From a virus, in IMG/VR virus record IMGVR_UViG_3300025093_000009, positions 32,001-96,000 of that record: a stretch of 64,000 bases of DNA. The stretch is one strand, 5' to 3'. Shown one piece after another: positions 53,401 to 61,006 of the stretch (positions within the stretch are counted from its first letter, which is position 1; each line of letters opens with the position of its first letter). The notes beneath the pieces were generated by a model. That model was not told where the DNA came from. It did no database searches and saw only the letters and a program-made list of their open reading frames with translations. A program made the position numbers and the translations under genes.

Positions 53401-55122
53401 GTACTATCTTTATTCAAAAGAATAAATGATATAAGTTCATTTACAAATAATCTTACAAAGGTTACTTCTTTAACTCAAGGAATGCCTAATTCAGTTCCAG
53501 ATTTAAGACAGTCAAGAGTACAGTTACAAGATCTATTTAGTCCAAATGCACCTATGGATCTTACACCTTTATTGAAAAAAGGAAATAGTTTCTTTAAAAC
53601 ATATTTACAGATATACACACAAATATCAGATGATTTATTACCTGCTACTTTATTAACGGTTAGCCCAGGTTTTAATAGTATAATCAATAATGTATACGAG
53701 CAGTTAGACACAGATCAAGCTAGTTTTGATTTTGAAACAATGTCTAATGTAGAGATGGACGTGTTATCTTATTTAACTATAAAAGCATATCAGAAGTATC
53801 ATACTGAAAGTTCTTCTTTAGCAGCGCCTTTGACAAATGATTTAATTTATCCAGGTCCTGCAGATCAATCTGATTTATCAATTGTAAAAATCATTAATGA
53901 TTTAAGAAATCAAGTACAAGAAGAAAACTTCTTCCTTGATTCTTTTGTAGGTGTTCAATCAGCTTTTGAAGAAGGAAATAATACTAAGTTAAACTTAGCT
54001 TTAGCAGATACATGGAGAAGATTAAATGCTTCATCTAAGATAGACTTACAAACGTCTTTTGCTAAGCTTTATGGTAATTTAGATACTAGAGCGGGTGCAC
54101 TATCTATTATACACTACATGATGGTAAAAGATGGTTTACAACTTAAATATGCTTCTTTACTACAAGCGGTGTCTCCTTTTGTAATAAACAGATATCTAAA
54201 TGTTATAAATAATGTAGAAGATACACTTAGAAAAGACTCAGGTTTTGAGACCACATTTGGTATGACTAAAGATGAGTTAATTGATGAATTGGTAGAGGGT
54301 TATTCTACATCTAATGTTAATGGTCCTAAGCTTAATACATTTGAAATAGATGCTGGTTTACCAGAAGGAATGAAATATAGTAGAATAAATAAAGAAGTAA
54401 CTATAGATCCTGAAATACTAGACATTGAACAAGACTATATCAGAATAGGTGAAACACAAGGTACTAGAAAGTTCTATAGAATATTTAAGAAAGGTGAGGA
54501 TAATGTCTATAGTGAGGTTCCAAGTATGGGTGCAAACCAACAGTATGGTGGTGGATTTGCTTTTGGTCCTCGTTTGGAATATGAGCAACTAAGAAATCTA
54601 AAAATGACTGCTGATGAAGTAGCAGATCAACCAGTTCCTAATCAAACACCAGAGCAAACAAATATGACAGAGGCTATGAGATCTCCTGGTGCTATAATTA
54701 CAGCTACTGAAAAGTCAGTTGAAGTTCAAAATAATATTGAAGACTCCCCTGTTCCAATAGGTGATACAGAAAAGATGCTAGCTGACTTGTCTGCTAATCA
54801 GATTAGTATTAAATTTGATGAGACAGAGAATGCTGTTATGGAAGACGTTGATATGGCTATGCCAGAGCAAACAGAAGAACAGCAAATTGAATCTGATAAT
54901 CTTAAGAAAGATTTAGATGAGTCTCAAACTATAGCTGAGACACCTGAATTAGATGTATGGTGGGATGCTAATGTAGAGAATAACTCAGAAGCAAAAGCTA
55001 AGCTAGCCAAAGAAGGAATTAGAAGTTTAGATGATGCTAGAAACTTTTTAGAAACTGATTTATTTAGTGGTACTCAAGAAGGAGAAAGAAATTTAATTGA
55101 AAGACTTAAGTGTCTCATATAA
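41419..55122 (+). CDS. Giant virion-packaged RNA polymerase (crAss-type, double-psi barrel) with zincin motif and hydrophobic N-terminal region
   Basis: RIPSQ (52165) and GADFDIDK (52276-52299) catalytic motifs; DRADAQ and TDNAKE motifs; HEAFH (47791-47805) with downstream EEYMADEF. Confidence 0.9.
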   Translation: MENQSKTPLNSAIEQSQRPAPQSIIPEGQFKFTPIEEMFETPEEINTKNVLADPDFYAGLNAAKPMIDKYGINAMASLGVAPSYSSDTFNPTDQEKPLDIYDVAGNMKAAMTLTPKSQAEVPVSPTFSGARQTQFMRYYEHPEFDDLGYSPTSSMENYYNANSTIWDDFTRMRSQWWSVAAGGFASVYNSYGSLFSGNYLEPDLDGASDYADAMGIMSSSRDGALAFTNNLFANSAYTMGIIGSVAFEELLLAGATYLSGGSAAPVAVARTGFNIAKLGKAIYRIKDIGKYSRTILQQARNLDTARDFWTAAKSGGKVVANGLGNAFTPNSVAAIKSLKTAKNTGQNLSNMAKASVAFGGFYRDIQMVNLAMAEAKLESGMVYNDVMAQGMNDLSAQKGGKALTEEEVARIQRSADKAQFYTLMANAPLIYASNWFVLGTAFRGFKGAIAKSLGNTFASGVQKGIVNTAGKKAVDSAGKKILSPFKNAGRGWKGFTAKVKAGGWRGLVGSGALASLDYFAANIAEGVQEVGQEAIAAATKGYYGEVIKDPTAGGEALQKEMMLSAMGSQFSEEGLEVFMSGFLMGGLVSLPQKAFFQGVPSIYNYGLFGMGTKAQKEAYAEHKANREEFINNLVEVYNKAWDNQAIDPTEMLDPNKMNFNIQKQVAENMKQNVYSKDLFGFIDQKDFAKFQQYYTIFAGGKASAFRNQIEAFQKLSDEELSEAFPELTKDEIKSGKARERMQDTLDRMDKAEKMFFEVEEKFPNPFDKKKFNRKTQPREYEQEAYRQAAYEHAKYLYMFTNSTFVRATERANDLFSRLESEPLFDGMAAKDLTVLLDVDSIDREITLLTAEIAATKGADQGIGETNKVKAEKIKRLQAFKKFVSDPKFTKKDGSFDRRRMNALRREFRNYVRYMASTSGAFVSEDAMNEALDMIVDYGALKGRQKTYYKALEYLGNPERIAEISDRQYQVNKELGDRRAELVREAAEQYTDIIEANELVNQLGKLGIYPDLVQVSAFLKTGNADYLTDFYDDYGYVDPKNNKARYDQIERLLNAYKETRREKQTEQAEKTEEDIASEAAEETRTALDQILDDAGLPPIDIDSSRITPMLDEILRNQYRKYAAQQALLDGEPLSPEEWNNSKQAKNIKATFIAMKKVWAAGPMTADPNGNVMYNKPVEKQFLETDEGFAEFLSSPDRLAQTPILTTVLNQSDLTLNDFVELEDIDVTEGEAFQGNQAQTVYKEGQTANVIEYTIIDPQTDAVTKQYRILDKKGNELSKEQIEFLDSNYGSVFGTFLDASRAKEALVMGLDANVPDSAPFAFDGVTDLHQGMQVMKDGIKYIILSTPKQAAKGVLRIIDVTKKNGTKKEKDKATVKVYPGQFNGSYIPIVADFSLLSDNVSRIKSQDLFTMYPHVTYGGVTDLDERRAILAQAKESFNYIMTQLSPKQMESLELVVMLDPKGGTLTQDQLAVEDIAGNKYGESNPLIKRYRSKYYIGIRLGSEDLRQELLNNWPEDITPSISSDGIFGYINTDAYSIFDQETRQEIDPRNMNSRQASNTVLPIKSNELTKDEKLEAVRKAFTLNALISQTFDSYDFTDGPLYFQNGTLPFTISLDVKGGRVVFDKKDKKLDALAYNTADDAGNIFVFNLRANPEVAGTRTLDYNTTAQGDERVKLFDDIIAGLDLQNQANILSGPDRYVAIVKLPNGKYAKVNLKPTSLTEEERNALFVKVVDKAITVGKITDEAKATEEAYDFNNKIDLEDLFISSVPGNHIELKVGKDGSIFFSLDNKQLEETINIGLTPEEVNSTDTQQEKLETLISKFNEDARVKAAKAVLKPKNFRRTFSNEAKVETIVENSTTQVDPKVITGQTIIVGASSEALQSAGNVPFIPRSKRQKVESQEEVENSKRPETAEEAEESVLDQSDAEFNDNLSNDFADNQESIDHLINKILRGEELSPREEEMMNNSVIANSVNFKVATLGGPGSMSTSTETPKKETKLDEVKRDIENLERELTEGLSGKEKYKALDESKEYQRLLKLRKSLESGANKLVGATTEVQRVEDYNEFLDWASANLPDNFSIEDLTTIADNGVNAGYQRVGAFVLNLNRIAGGITVDGVIYTSATSPFKYHEAFHGVFRMLLSQEDINKYRRIAKREVKAKYGNKYKETLERFRNSAEKYQGMTQEQLENEFAEEYMADEFEKFKMNPKSSKTDADVKNLFTRIIEFIKAVFSRYTTNELQTLFENIDSGKYRDANPQTNEFTTLDDSLSGNMSIANALIRYDSKQETRTGNDVGYLYLDTDIADTIVRSMAAMFVKQVQDLKLLGEDQFSPQSMMDDLLLEFRLLYDTSSIHNAGIQGPKREVLQTIEDAFKTYPEDIKKEVLALVNIIADMPANKELRIDETEDTLGLRSVSEFDKEASMIGGFNSLSFKLRSYIATTTMAETDYFGNKTLANGQELIVPVKFNEVYNGLLKAVKNTESHVDMLKRAYSFSRLNPQMKAVVDRLLNDVGVTPEELSSDAPLANVKDGALLQSILKGFQNSRLDYIFVERDSSGGILIYKATDRDNVNSQLDQWSQAYINRRKLYTSDPNRKIRLVDLVKSIQEDMDSDTGSFVDMQAKSKNYTERLFDLTGLRISPLYMLYTLGQTIPAANRDPQTQILIDGFSEQSPMSYTLLTELNQAFQQNRNIFSKSQAGLSSRLATLAVQNAAFDESVGATSFVNPNNDLVFAHQLPTLHTRAIQSLNNEETIKNLEADDFLKNNYLLNNEAFRNLSKEQKLQVIRLAGSKIKDKILEDGSETNEDLLNSSLKPNKATQAFGEFTPQEFALELINLYTAEFNTRSGVVSSVEGLGKTQVGLSPTFIRVMEASNTGDLVTLPIIKAVTMKGDKVELTPQLINVFYSSIENEYLRIAREARRLSVFENTGVDPEGLSNIQGYNDSREGRAFSFFNNGNVFDGATQDALVEEAFRSVESDNPALTLNQALKGAGKTPASVRADIKRNLKQAFKDFDAMLNEMQIKDLLSEQVKSGLTIAQGVQRSEVTISEARLNLNSNMNHNLQQIFFNNWVNSRSINELILGDQAVSLKGMVDKVKRAKLNNAAYYSAYSEVTDNNLGIFHPSKSFNMFAFSEPQASSTITGNSIDRADAQAYITAKGSRYTMFGFGRLSPAMAEMYDTIDVGNEVTGDRIFGQNTESYSLAKNQDLINSKKYVYMDGQTAVKMSVTVLTKEYTSTQQDGVWVPKPNMEELHYLREQMEQAEADSETFSMAAPESALKMMKQNVNTLTPESTFDTNSDLEYTTLNTQFLGLQVINPSNKLVITDPSQIKSLITSEHLLKDENGKDIKVTIFGQSLPISKVIDAYNTAVSERVMLNYKNKRNLVFTFDAAQDEFSLSKAKGSITPNLAAFLDYAVAGLKASGASSNLLEFFSTEDGQQKYNLNNPITAAKFQQLFLTYFSRGVFKESSPGLSLSLVSDFGHKIYRRVYEVEIVDGVTIPVRSEVIRERNWKGTKDDLTDLQELTSNNIPSEGIVVLDDLRVGVMEYTDPKDPSTATGQRYSESITSPHNSEVLELIANSDRAIPDVVAKMFAVRIPSQDKHSAMATRIVDFLPAYYGSSAMFPKELVEISGADFDIDKVYTVTKEYYVKDGEFIEYTDSYEDYVRYVNNKVNETGTTLSEAARLYKDDVLAAKLDNSITETELNIVTDKEAGDKRISEDGWKAMLTLGLPITEAQYNDYVKNNGVPFEAPLNNRVVDTRYALVSHPGMTELVKDKNANDKRNTPIAYQAADLEVLETALSELVEMEGVQLFKDRVNEGQQDVDNFTGMVRSFEANKGAAIGPIVKINQNLNLLTEYKISLNRPISIDGKPYQSYSVDYIGNDRKQDIVSALITAMTDNAKERLARKLGLNPSSIGAVGNMIALGIPLETSLMLINQAEIRDIYTQAFNKKDKFEPGVKKLLNIKIAKLLNSLEESEKKKPVRLTRELFAKGIDSVDNQTDREKLQVLSLFKRINDISSFTNNLTKVTSLTQGMPNSVPDLRQSRVQLQDLFSPNAPMDLTPLLKKGNSFFKTYLQIYTQISDDLLPATLLTVSPGFNSIINNVYEQLDTDQASFDFETMSNVEMDVLSYLTIKAYQKYHTESSSLAAPLTNDLIYPGPADQSDLSIVKIINDLRNQVQEENFFLDSFVGVQSAFEEGNNTKLNLALADTWRRLNASSKIDLQTSFAKLYGNLDTRAGALSIIHYMMVKDGLQLKYASLLQAVSPFVINRYLNVINNVEDTLRKDSGFETTFGMTKDELIDELVEGYSTSNVNGPKLNTFEIDAGLPEGMKYSRINKEVTIDPEILDIEQDYIRIGETQGTRKFYRIFKKGEDNVYSEVPSMGANQQYGGGFAFGPRLEYEQLRNLKMTADEVADQPVPNQTPEQTNMTEAMRSPGAIITATEKSVEVQNNIEDSPVPIGDTEKMLADLSANQISIKFDETENAVMEDVDMAMPEQTEEQQIESDNLKKDLDESQTIAETPELDVWWDANVENNSEAKAKLAKEGIRSLDDARNFLETDLFSGTQEGERNLIERLKCLI

Positions 55123-55133
55123 AAGAATAAAAT

Positions 55134-58100
55134 ATGGCAACTTGTTATAACGTAAATGATCCAGCATATATAGCACTAAAAGAGTTTTATGGTACAGACC
55201 TTAAGACTTCTGTTGTTATAGATAGATGGCAGCGTGCAAATAATTCAGATGCTTTTCCTAGTCTTGTCTCAGCAAAAGAAATGACTAGACAAGAAGAGAT
55301 TAGATTTAATTTAAAGCAAAAAGAATTTGGTGAGGCAACGTTAGATAACATTAGAGACAAAAGAATAGGTAGCCGTATTGGTGGTCAGTTTTATATTAAT
55401 AACTCTAACCCACAAACCATGGCTTATCAGGAAAGCTTTTTAGAGAATAATTTAAAAAGATTTTACAGGTACCTAGAGATAAATAATATACCACAAGATG
55501 CATTTACTGTAACAAGAACACCAAAGTCATACAGGGTGGATGTTAACCCAGGTATGTTTACAGCAACAGATATTATAGAAAAATCTAGATCATGGGATAT
55601 GCCTAGATCCAGACAGGTTGTTATGCACCTTAAAAGGTTATTTCCACAGATTAATGTGAAGCTACTATCTGTAACAGAAGCACGTGCTCTTTATGCACAA
55701 ATACCAAACTGGAGAAAGACTGATGTACCTTTTACTGAGGTGAATTCTTTTTACTATAATGGTGTTGCCTATCTTATAAAAGGTAGAGTTACAGATGAAA
55801 TTGCTATTGAAGAAATGTTGCATCCGTTTATTGATGCAATAAAAGTAGAAAACGAAGAGCTGTTTAATAATTTATTAGATGAAGCAAAAAAGAATTTTCC
55901 TGAGTTAACTCAGCAAATTGAGCAAGCATATAATAAAAAGAGAAGCTTTAGTGAAACTGCAAGGGATCTTGAAATTGTAACACAAGCATTAACAAGACAC
56001 TTCAAAAAAGAGTATGAAACACAACCAACCAAATCATTTTTAGATGTCATTAAAAAGGCACTTGAATGGTTTATGGGTATTATAGATAACTTTAATAAAT
56101 ATCTTACAGGAAGACCATTAGAGGTTAGTGACATCAAAGCGGATACAAACTTCTCTGACATAGCTAAATTACTAAACACAGAGGGTATTCAATTTAAATT
56201 AAATAAAAGAGTTGACGGTGCCGTTAGATATAACCTTACACCAAAGAAAGCAAAACAAGTTAAAGATGCAATAGCAAGAGCACCAAAGGGTTCAAAGCAA
56301 AGAGCCACTATAGAATCTATGTTTAATGTTGCACAAGAAACAACAGATGAAGTAGATTCATTATCTGCAAGTGCTAAAGAAGGTGGTAGTATTGTTGTGT
56401 TAGATGAGAAGACACACACTTATCAAAATATCACTGATAAAAAAACATATGCGTCTGTTACTACTGTAATCAAAGGGACAATGAGCCCTGAAAGACAAAA
56501 AGAAGTAGCAATAAATTTAGAGATAGGTAATGCAGTTGATCAATTATTAGATAGTGAAATTGCAGGTTTAACATTTGAAGAAGCTTATGAAGCACTTGAC
56601 ACAGACCTTATAAGCAAAGAGGTTGCTGAAAAAGTGTATAATGATCTTTCTAGTACAATGGAGAACATGAGAAGAAAGGATAGTATTATTCTTTCTCAGG
56701 TAGTTTTATTTGATGAGAAATCTGGTATTGCAGGTACTGCAGATATTGTAATTGTTGACCGCCATGGTGTGATTAAAATTATGGATCTTAAGACTACTAA
56801 GAACTCTTTAAGTAAAATGGTAAAGAGTCAAGATGGTAGAGGTCTAGTTAGACAATATGATGTAGCATATCCACTTGCAGATGACAGCGTTTTAAAACAA
56901 AAAGGTTTAAGAACAGAGCTTTCTACAGCAGGACAACATAATCTACAGGTCAACCTTTATAGAAGGATGGCAGAAAATATGGGTTATGAAGTAGACTACT
57001 ATGATGAATGGGGTGCTGCCACAATACACTATAATGTTGGAATAGAAGGAAAAGGTGTTGATCAAACTTTCAATGGAGAAATTGCTTTTGATAGATTTGT
57101 ACCACATCCACCCAGCATGTTTCAGGATATTATAGATGAACTTATTCCACCTAATAGAAATTCTGCAAATAGAAGAAGATTAGATGAGGAGTCTAAAGAT
57201 GATCCTAATGCTGTTTGGAATGGTAAAGATTATCAAGACACTACAACTGAATCTGATAAAGAAGACGCTAAAGATTATACAGAATATAATATAGCTGCGG
57301 GTATGCTTAATGATTATCAGAGAGCATTAATTAGTAGAAGAGAAGCAATTGAAACTCTTAAGAAGCCTGTGTTTTCTTTATTAAGTAAGGATAAAGAAAT
57401 AGAGCAAATATCTAAAACAATAGCATATATAAGTATTGCTATGAGTCAAGGGCCACAAGGTCAAAGTGTAGCTTTAGCAGAATTGTTACAGGATGCACTT
57501 AAACAAATAAGGCAGTTTAAAGAATATATAGAAGATCCTAAAAATGTTGATGATCCTAACTATATAACATATTTGTTAGGTTTTGATAGGTTTAAAACAA
57601 CGTTTGAAGGATTGCATAGTCTTAAATCTTTTGAAGGATTAAACAGTACACAAGTAAGTTTAATTGCTACTATTCAAGCTAACTTAAATCAACTTGGTGG
57701 TACAAAAAGTTCACCAGGTATAGTAGATCAGCAGATTGATTACTTTGTAATGGAAATGATTAAAAAGTATTCTAAAAATGATTTTGGTGGAGAAGGTAGT
57801 TATTTTACTGAGCAAGATCTAAAAGACATTATGAAAAGGGTGCCTGATATTTCTGATACAGAATATCAAACAAAAGATATGGCAACGTCTCCAGATCTTT
57901 TACTTGCAACAATGGATAAGATACGTAAATATCAAAAGCAGGTTTTATTAGATAAGATTGCTGATAGAGAAAGAATGATTAGAACAACAGCTCAAAGGCT
58001 GTTAAAACTTGATCCTGGTACAAAAAAGGAAGATCTATTTAATTTTATGTTGACTTTTGATGAAGACGGTCAATTTTCAGGCAACTATGTTAAGAAGATA

Positions 58101-60911
58101 GGTAAACAATATTGGGATAAGCAATTTGAATTACGTGCTGTATTGTATGATAATGAAGGAAACCCTTATGAATATAGAGAAGTATTTGATGAAGCAACTG
58201 CATCTGCAGAAGACTTAGCTTATAATCAAGATCTTGCAAATAAAAGAAGAGCATATAGCAACTTCTTTAGAGCTGAGACAAAGGATGAAAACGGTAAACT
58301 TGTTGATGGTGAATATCATAGGTATACTGAAGATTTTAAAAGAGCTAGGGAAAAGTTTGAATTTTGGTCACCAGGCTCTGAAGCAAATGAGCATGGTTAT
58401 TGGCAAGTAAAACCAGGAGTTTCACCTGCTGCTTATGCTGCTTATGAAGCTAAATATTATGACCGCATAAATTATACTAAAGCTATAAGAGTTGGTGGTC
58501 AACCAACAGGTGCAATTGAAAAAGATTCAAACTTTATGGCTGTGAAGCCTGAATATAGACAGACTAGAGAGATGTCATCTAAAGGAGAAGACATGACAAG
58601 CGAACAGTATAGAGCTATAATGAATGATACATCTGCTTTAGGTGTAGCAAGAAAAGACTTCTATGAAATGTTTGTTGACATGTATGAGAATGACCTACTC
58701 AAGAAACTACCTATTGGCGTTTCAGCACAAATGACAGGTAGAGTTCCATTAGTTAGAGCTAAATTCTTAAATGAGCTACAAAAGAAAGATGGTGTTTGGA
58801 ATAAACTATATGGTAGTATAGCTAGTAGTAGGGCTATGAATACATTTAAGAAAACATCTACAGTAAAGAATGTTCTATTAGATGAACAAGGATACATTGT
58901 TGACCAAATGCCTGTGTTCTATACAGGGTCTCCAAGAGCAGATGGTCAGATGGCCGAACTACAAAAAGAAATAGATTATGTAAAGTCTCAATGGAAGAAA
59001 GGTGCAATTAAAACAAAAGAGGAGTATGACACAAAGATAAAAGATCTAAACGGAAGAATGCTACGTTTAGAGTCATCACCTACAAGAGGAGAGATTAGTA
59101 AAGATATGGCTAGTAGTCTTCTTAAGTTTAGTGCTATGGCAGAAAACTATGAGACAATGGGTGCTGTAGATGATACATTGGAAGCCTTTGTTAAAGTTAT
59201 AGAAAATAGAACATATGATCCACCGGTAGGTACAGGTTTAAGTCTTATGGGTAAGATCAAAGATGGAGTTAGACGAAAGGTTGGTAGAAAAGGAAACAAA
59301 TCTACTCAAGATGCTAATGTTGTAAGAAGAGCTAAAAAGTTTATGTCTATGATTCATTATGATAATGAACTAGTGACTAAAGGAGCTATGGATAAAATAG
59401 CAGATGGTCTTATACAATTGTCTTCTTTATCATATGTAGCATTTAACCCATTTGGTAACTTTAATAACTACTTGATTGGTAGACTTAATAATAATATTGA
59501 AGCTATTGGTGGTAGATTTTATACGCAAAAGAGTTTCAGAAGAGCTACATGGGAGTTTAATAAAAGAGCAATACCTTCTTTAGTAGAGAGAACATCTTAT
59601 GGAGGAGCAGAAGACTTACTTGATGTTGCAACCTTTGGTGTAATCCCTGGTCTAGGTAAATCTGATTATGATCCTAAAAAACCTAATAACAAATATGAAG
59701 CTTTTGTAGATGGTTTAAGAATGATGGACCCAATGACTGACATCCGTGAACAATCATCAGCTACTTCTGATGGTAAAAGTTGGTTTGCTAGAGCATCTGA
59801 ATGGGGTTATGTTATGCAGGATGCTGCGGAATACAACTCACAAACTAAAGTTGGTACGGCCATTTTAATAGATACTATGATTATTAATGAAGAGACTGGT
59901 GAAACAATATCTTACTATGATGCATTTCAATATGATGCTGCTACTCATTCAAATAAATTAAGACCAGACTTTAGTCAAGAAACATATGGTGATAAGATTA
60001 AGATTAAGTATTTCAGAGGTAGAACAGAAACTTATTCAAGAAAAGCTGATTATGAGTTAAGACAAACAATCCGTGAAGTCAACAAACAAATTCATGGTAA
60101 CTATGCTAAAGAAGATAGAGTTGTATTACAGAGTCATACTCTTGGTAATCTAGCAATACAATTTAAGAAGTGGGTTGCTCCAGCAATTAGAGCAAGATAT
60201 CAAAGAGAATACTTTGACCAAAACCTTGGTTGGATGGAAGGTAGATATAGATCTGCCCTAAGCTTTTTGAACTATGCCAAAAGAGAATTGATGAGAGGTA
60301 ACATGGCGTTTAGAGAGTACGGTAAAGGATTCTTAGATGCTCAAGTTAATGCCTATAGTATGGAGAAGTTTGGTACATCAAGAAGTTTTGGAGAAGGAGG
60401 TAATATGGATCAACGAGCAGAAAATAAACTGTTTGGTTTCTATAGAACCATGGGAGACTTAACTATTATGTTTAGTACATTGTTTACTACAATGCTATTT
60501 GATATGATTATTACTGATGATGATGATGATAGTGACTTTGAGAAGAGAATGAAAAACTTTACAAGATATACTGCTCAGAGAGCTTATAAAGAAATTGTAG
60601 TATTCATGCCTTCACCTGAAGGGTTTAATCAAGTTGATCAAATGTTAAACTCTCCAATTGCAGCAATGAGATCTGTAACTGAAATGGCAGAGTTCTTAGA
60701 AATGTTTATTATAGGTAATTTAAGATATACATATTCTAAGGTAAGTGGTAATGAAGAAAAATTCTTAGCAAACTCAGATTATGTTTATCAAAGAGGTGAT
60801 AAAAAAGGTGAGTTTAAAGTTTGGAAGAACTTCAAAGATGTATTCCCTATAGTTTATTCAATTCAAAAGTGGAATTCTTACTTAGAAAATGATGACTTCT
60901 ATATTAAATAA
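55134..60911 (+). CDS. Large virion protein with degenerate zincin-like and PD-(D/E)xK nuclease domains
   Basis: EEMLHPF (55809-55829); THTY..SVTTVI, GIAGTADIV..IMDLKT and QHNLQVNLY. Confidence 0.75.
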   Translation: MATCYNVNDPAYIALKEFYGTDLKTSVVIDRWQRANNSDAFPSLVSAKEMTRQEEIRFNLKQKEFGEATLDNIRDKRIGSRIGGQFYINNSNPQTMAYQESFLENNLKRFYRYLEINNIPQDAFTVTRTPKSYRVDVNPGMFTATDIIEKSRSWDMPRSRQVVMHLKRLFPQINVKLLSVTEARALYAQIPNWRKTDVPFTEVNSFYYNGVAYLIKGRVTDEIAIEEMLHPFIDAIKVENEELFNNLLDEAKKNFPELTQQIEQAYNKKRSFSETARDLEIVTQALTRHFKKEYETQPTKSFLDVIKKALEWFMGIIDNFNKYLTGRPLEVSDIKADTNFSDIAKLLNTEGIQFKLNKRVDGAVRYNLTPKKAKQVKDAIARAPKGSKQRATIESMFNVAQETTDEVDSLSASAKEGGSIVVLDEKTHTYQNITDKKTYASVTTVIKGTMSPERQKEVAINLEIGNAVDQLLDSEIAGLTFEEAYEALDTDLISKEVAEKVYNDLSSTMENMRRKDSIILSQVVLFDEKSGIAGTADIVIVDRHGVIKIMDLKTTKNSLSKMVKSQDGRGLVRQYDVAYPLADDSVLKQKGLRTELSTAGQHNLQVNLYRRMAENMGYEVDYYDEWGAATIHYNVGIEGKGVDQTFNGEIAFDRFVPHPPSMFQDIIDELIPPNRNSANRRRLDEESKDDPNAVWNGKDYQDTTTESDKEDAKDYTEYNIAAGMLNDYQRALISRREAIETLKKPVFSLLSKDKEIEQISKTIAYISIAMSQGPQGQSVALAELLQDALKQIRQFKEYIEDPKNVDDPNYITYLLGFDRFKTTFEGLHSLKSFEGLNSTQVSLIATIQANLNQLGGTKSSPGIVDQQIDYFVMEMIKKYSKNDFGGEGSYFTEQDLKDIMKRVPDISDTEYQTKDMATSPDLLLATMDKIRKYQKQVLLDKIADRERMIRTTAQRLLKLDPGTKKEDLFNFMLTFDEDGQFSGNYVKKIGKQYWDKQFELRAVLYDNEGNPYEYREVFDEATASAEDLAYNQDLANKRRAYSNFFRAETKDENGKLVDGEYHRYTEDFKRAREKFEFWSPGSEANEHGYWQVKPGVSPAAYAAYEAKYYDRINYTKAIRVGGQPTGAIEKDSNFMAVKPEYRQTREMSSKGEDMTSEQYRAIMNDTSALGVARKDFYEMFVDMYENDLLKKLPIGVSAQMTGRVPLVRAKFLNELQKKDGVWNKLYGSIASSRAMNTFKKTSTVKNVLLDEQGYIVDQMPVFYTGSPRADGQMAELQKEIDYVKSQWKKGAIKTKEEYDTKIKDLNGRMLRLESSPTRGEISKDMASSLLKFSAMAENYETMGAVDDTLEAFVKVIENRTYDPPVGTGLSLMGKIKDGVRRKVGRKGNKSTQDANVVRRAKKFMSMIHYDNELVTKGAMDKIADGLIQLSSLSYVAFNPFGNFNNYLIGRLNNNIEAIGGRFYTQKSFRRATWEFNKRAIPSLVERTSYGGAEDLLDVATFGVIPGLGKSDYDPKKPNNKYEAFVDGLRMMDPMTDIREQSSATSDGKSWFARASEWGYVMQDAAEYNSQTKVGTAILIDTMIINEETGETISYYDAFQYDAATHSNKLRPDFSQETYGDKIKIKYFRGRTETYSRKADYELRQTIREVNKQIHGNYAKEDRVVLQSHTLGNLAIQFKKWVAPAIRARYQREYFDQNLGWMEGRYRSALSFLNYAKRELMRGNMAFREYGKGFLDAQVNAYSMEKFGTSRSFGEGGNMDQRAENKLFGFYRTMGDLTIMFSTLFTTMLFDMIITDDDDDSDFEKRMKNFTRYTAQRAYKEIVVFMPSPEGFNQVDQMLNSPIAAMRSVTEMAEFLEMFIIGNLRYTYSKVSGNEEKFLANSDYVYQRGDKKGEFKVWKNFKDVFPIVYSIQKWNSYLENDDFYIK

Positions 60912-61006
60912 GACAAATTTACAGGTGTAATTCTTTTCTGTTTAAATAAGAATAGTTATATTATAGTATAAACCAACAGTAATAGACTATAACTTAAAAT
61001 TTAAAT

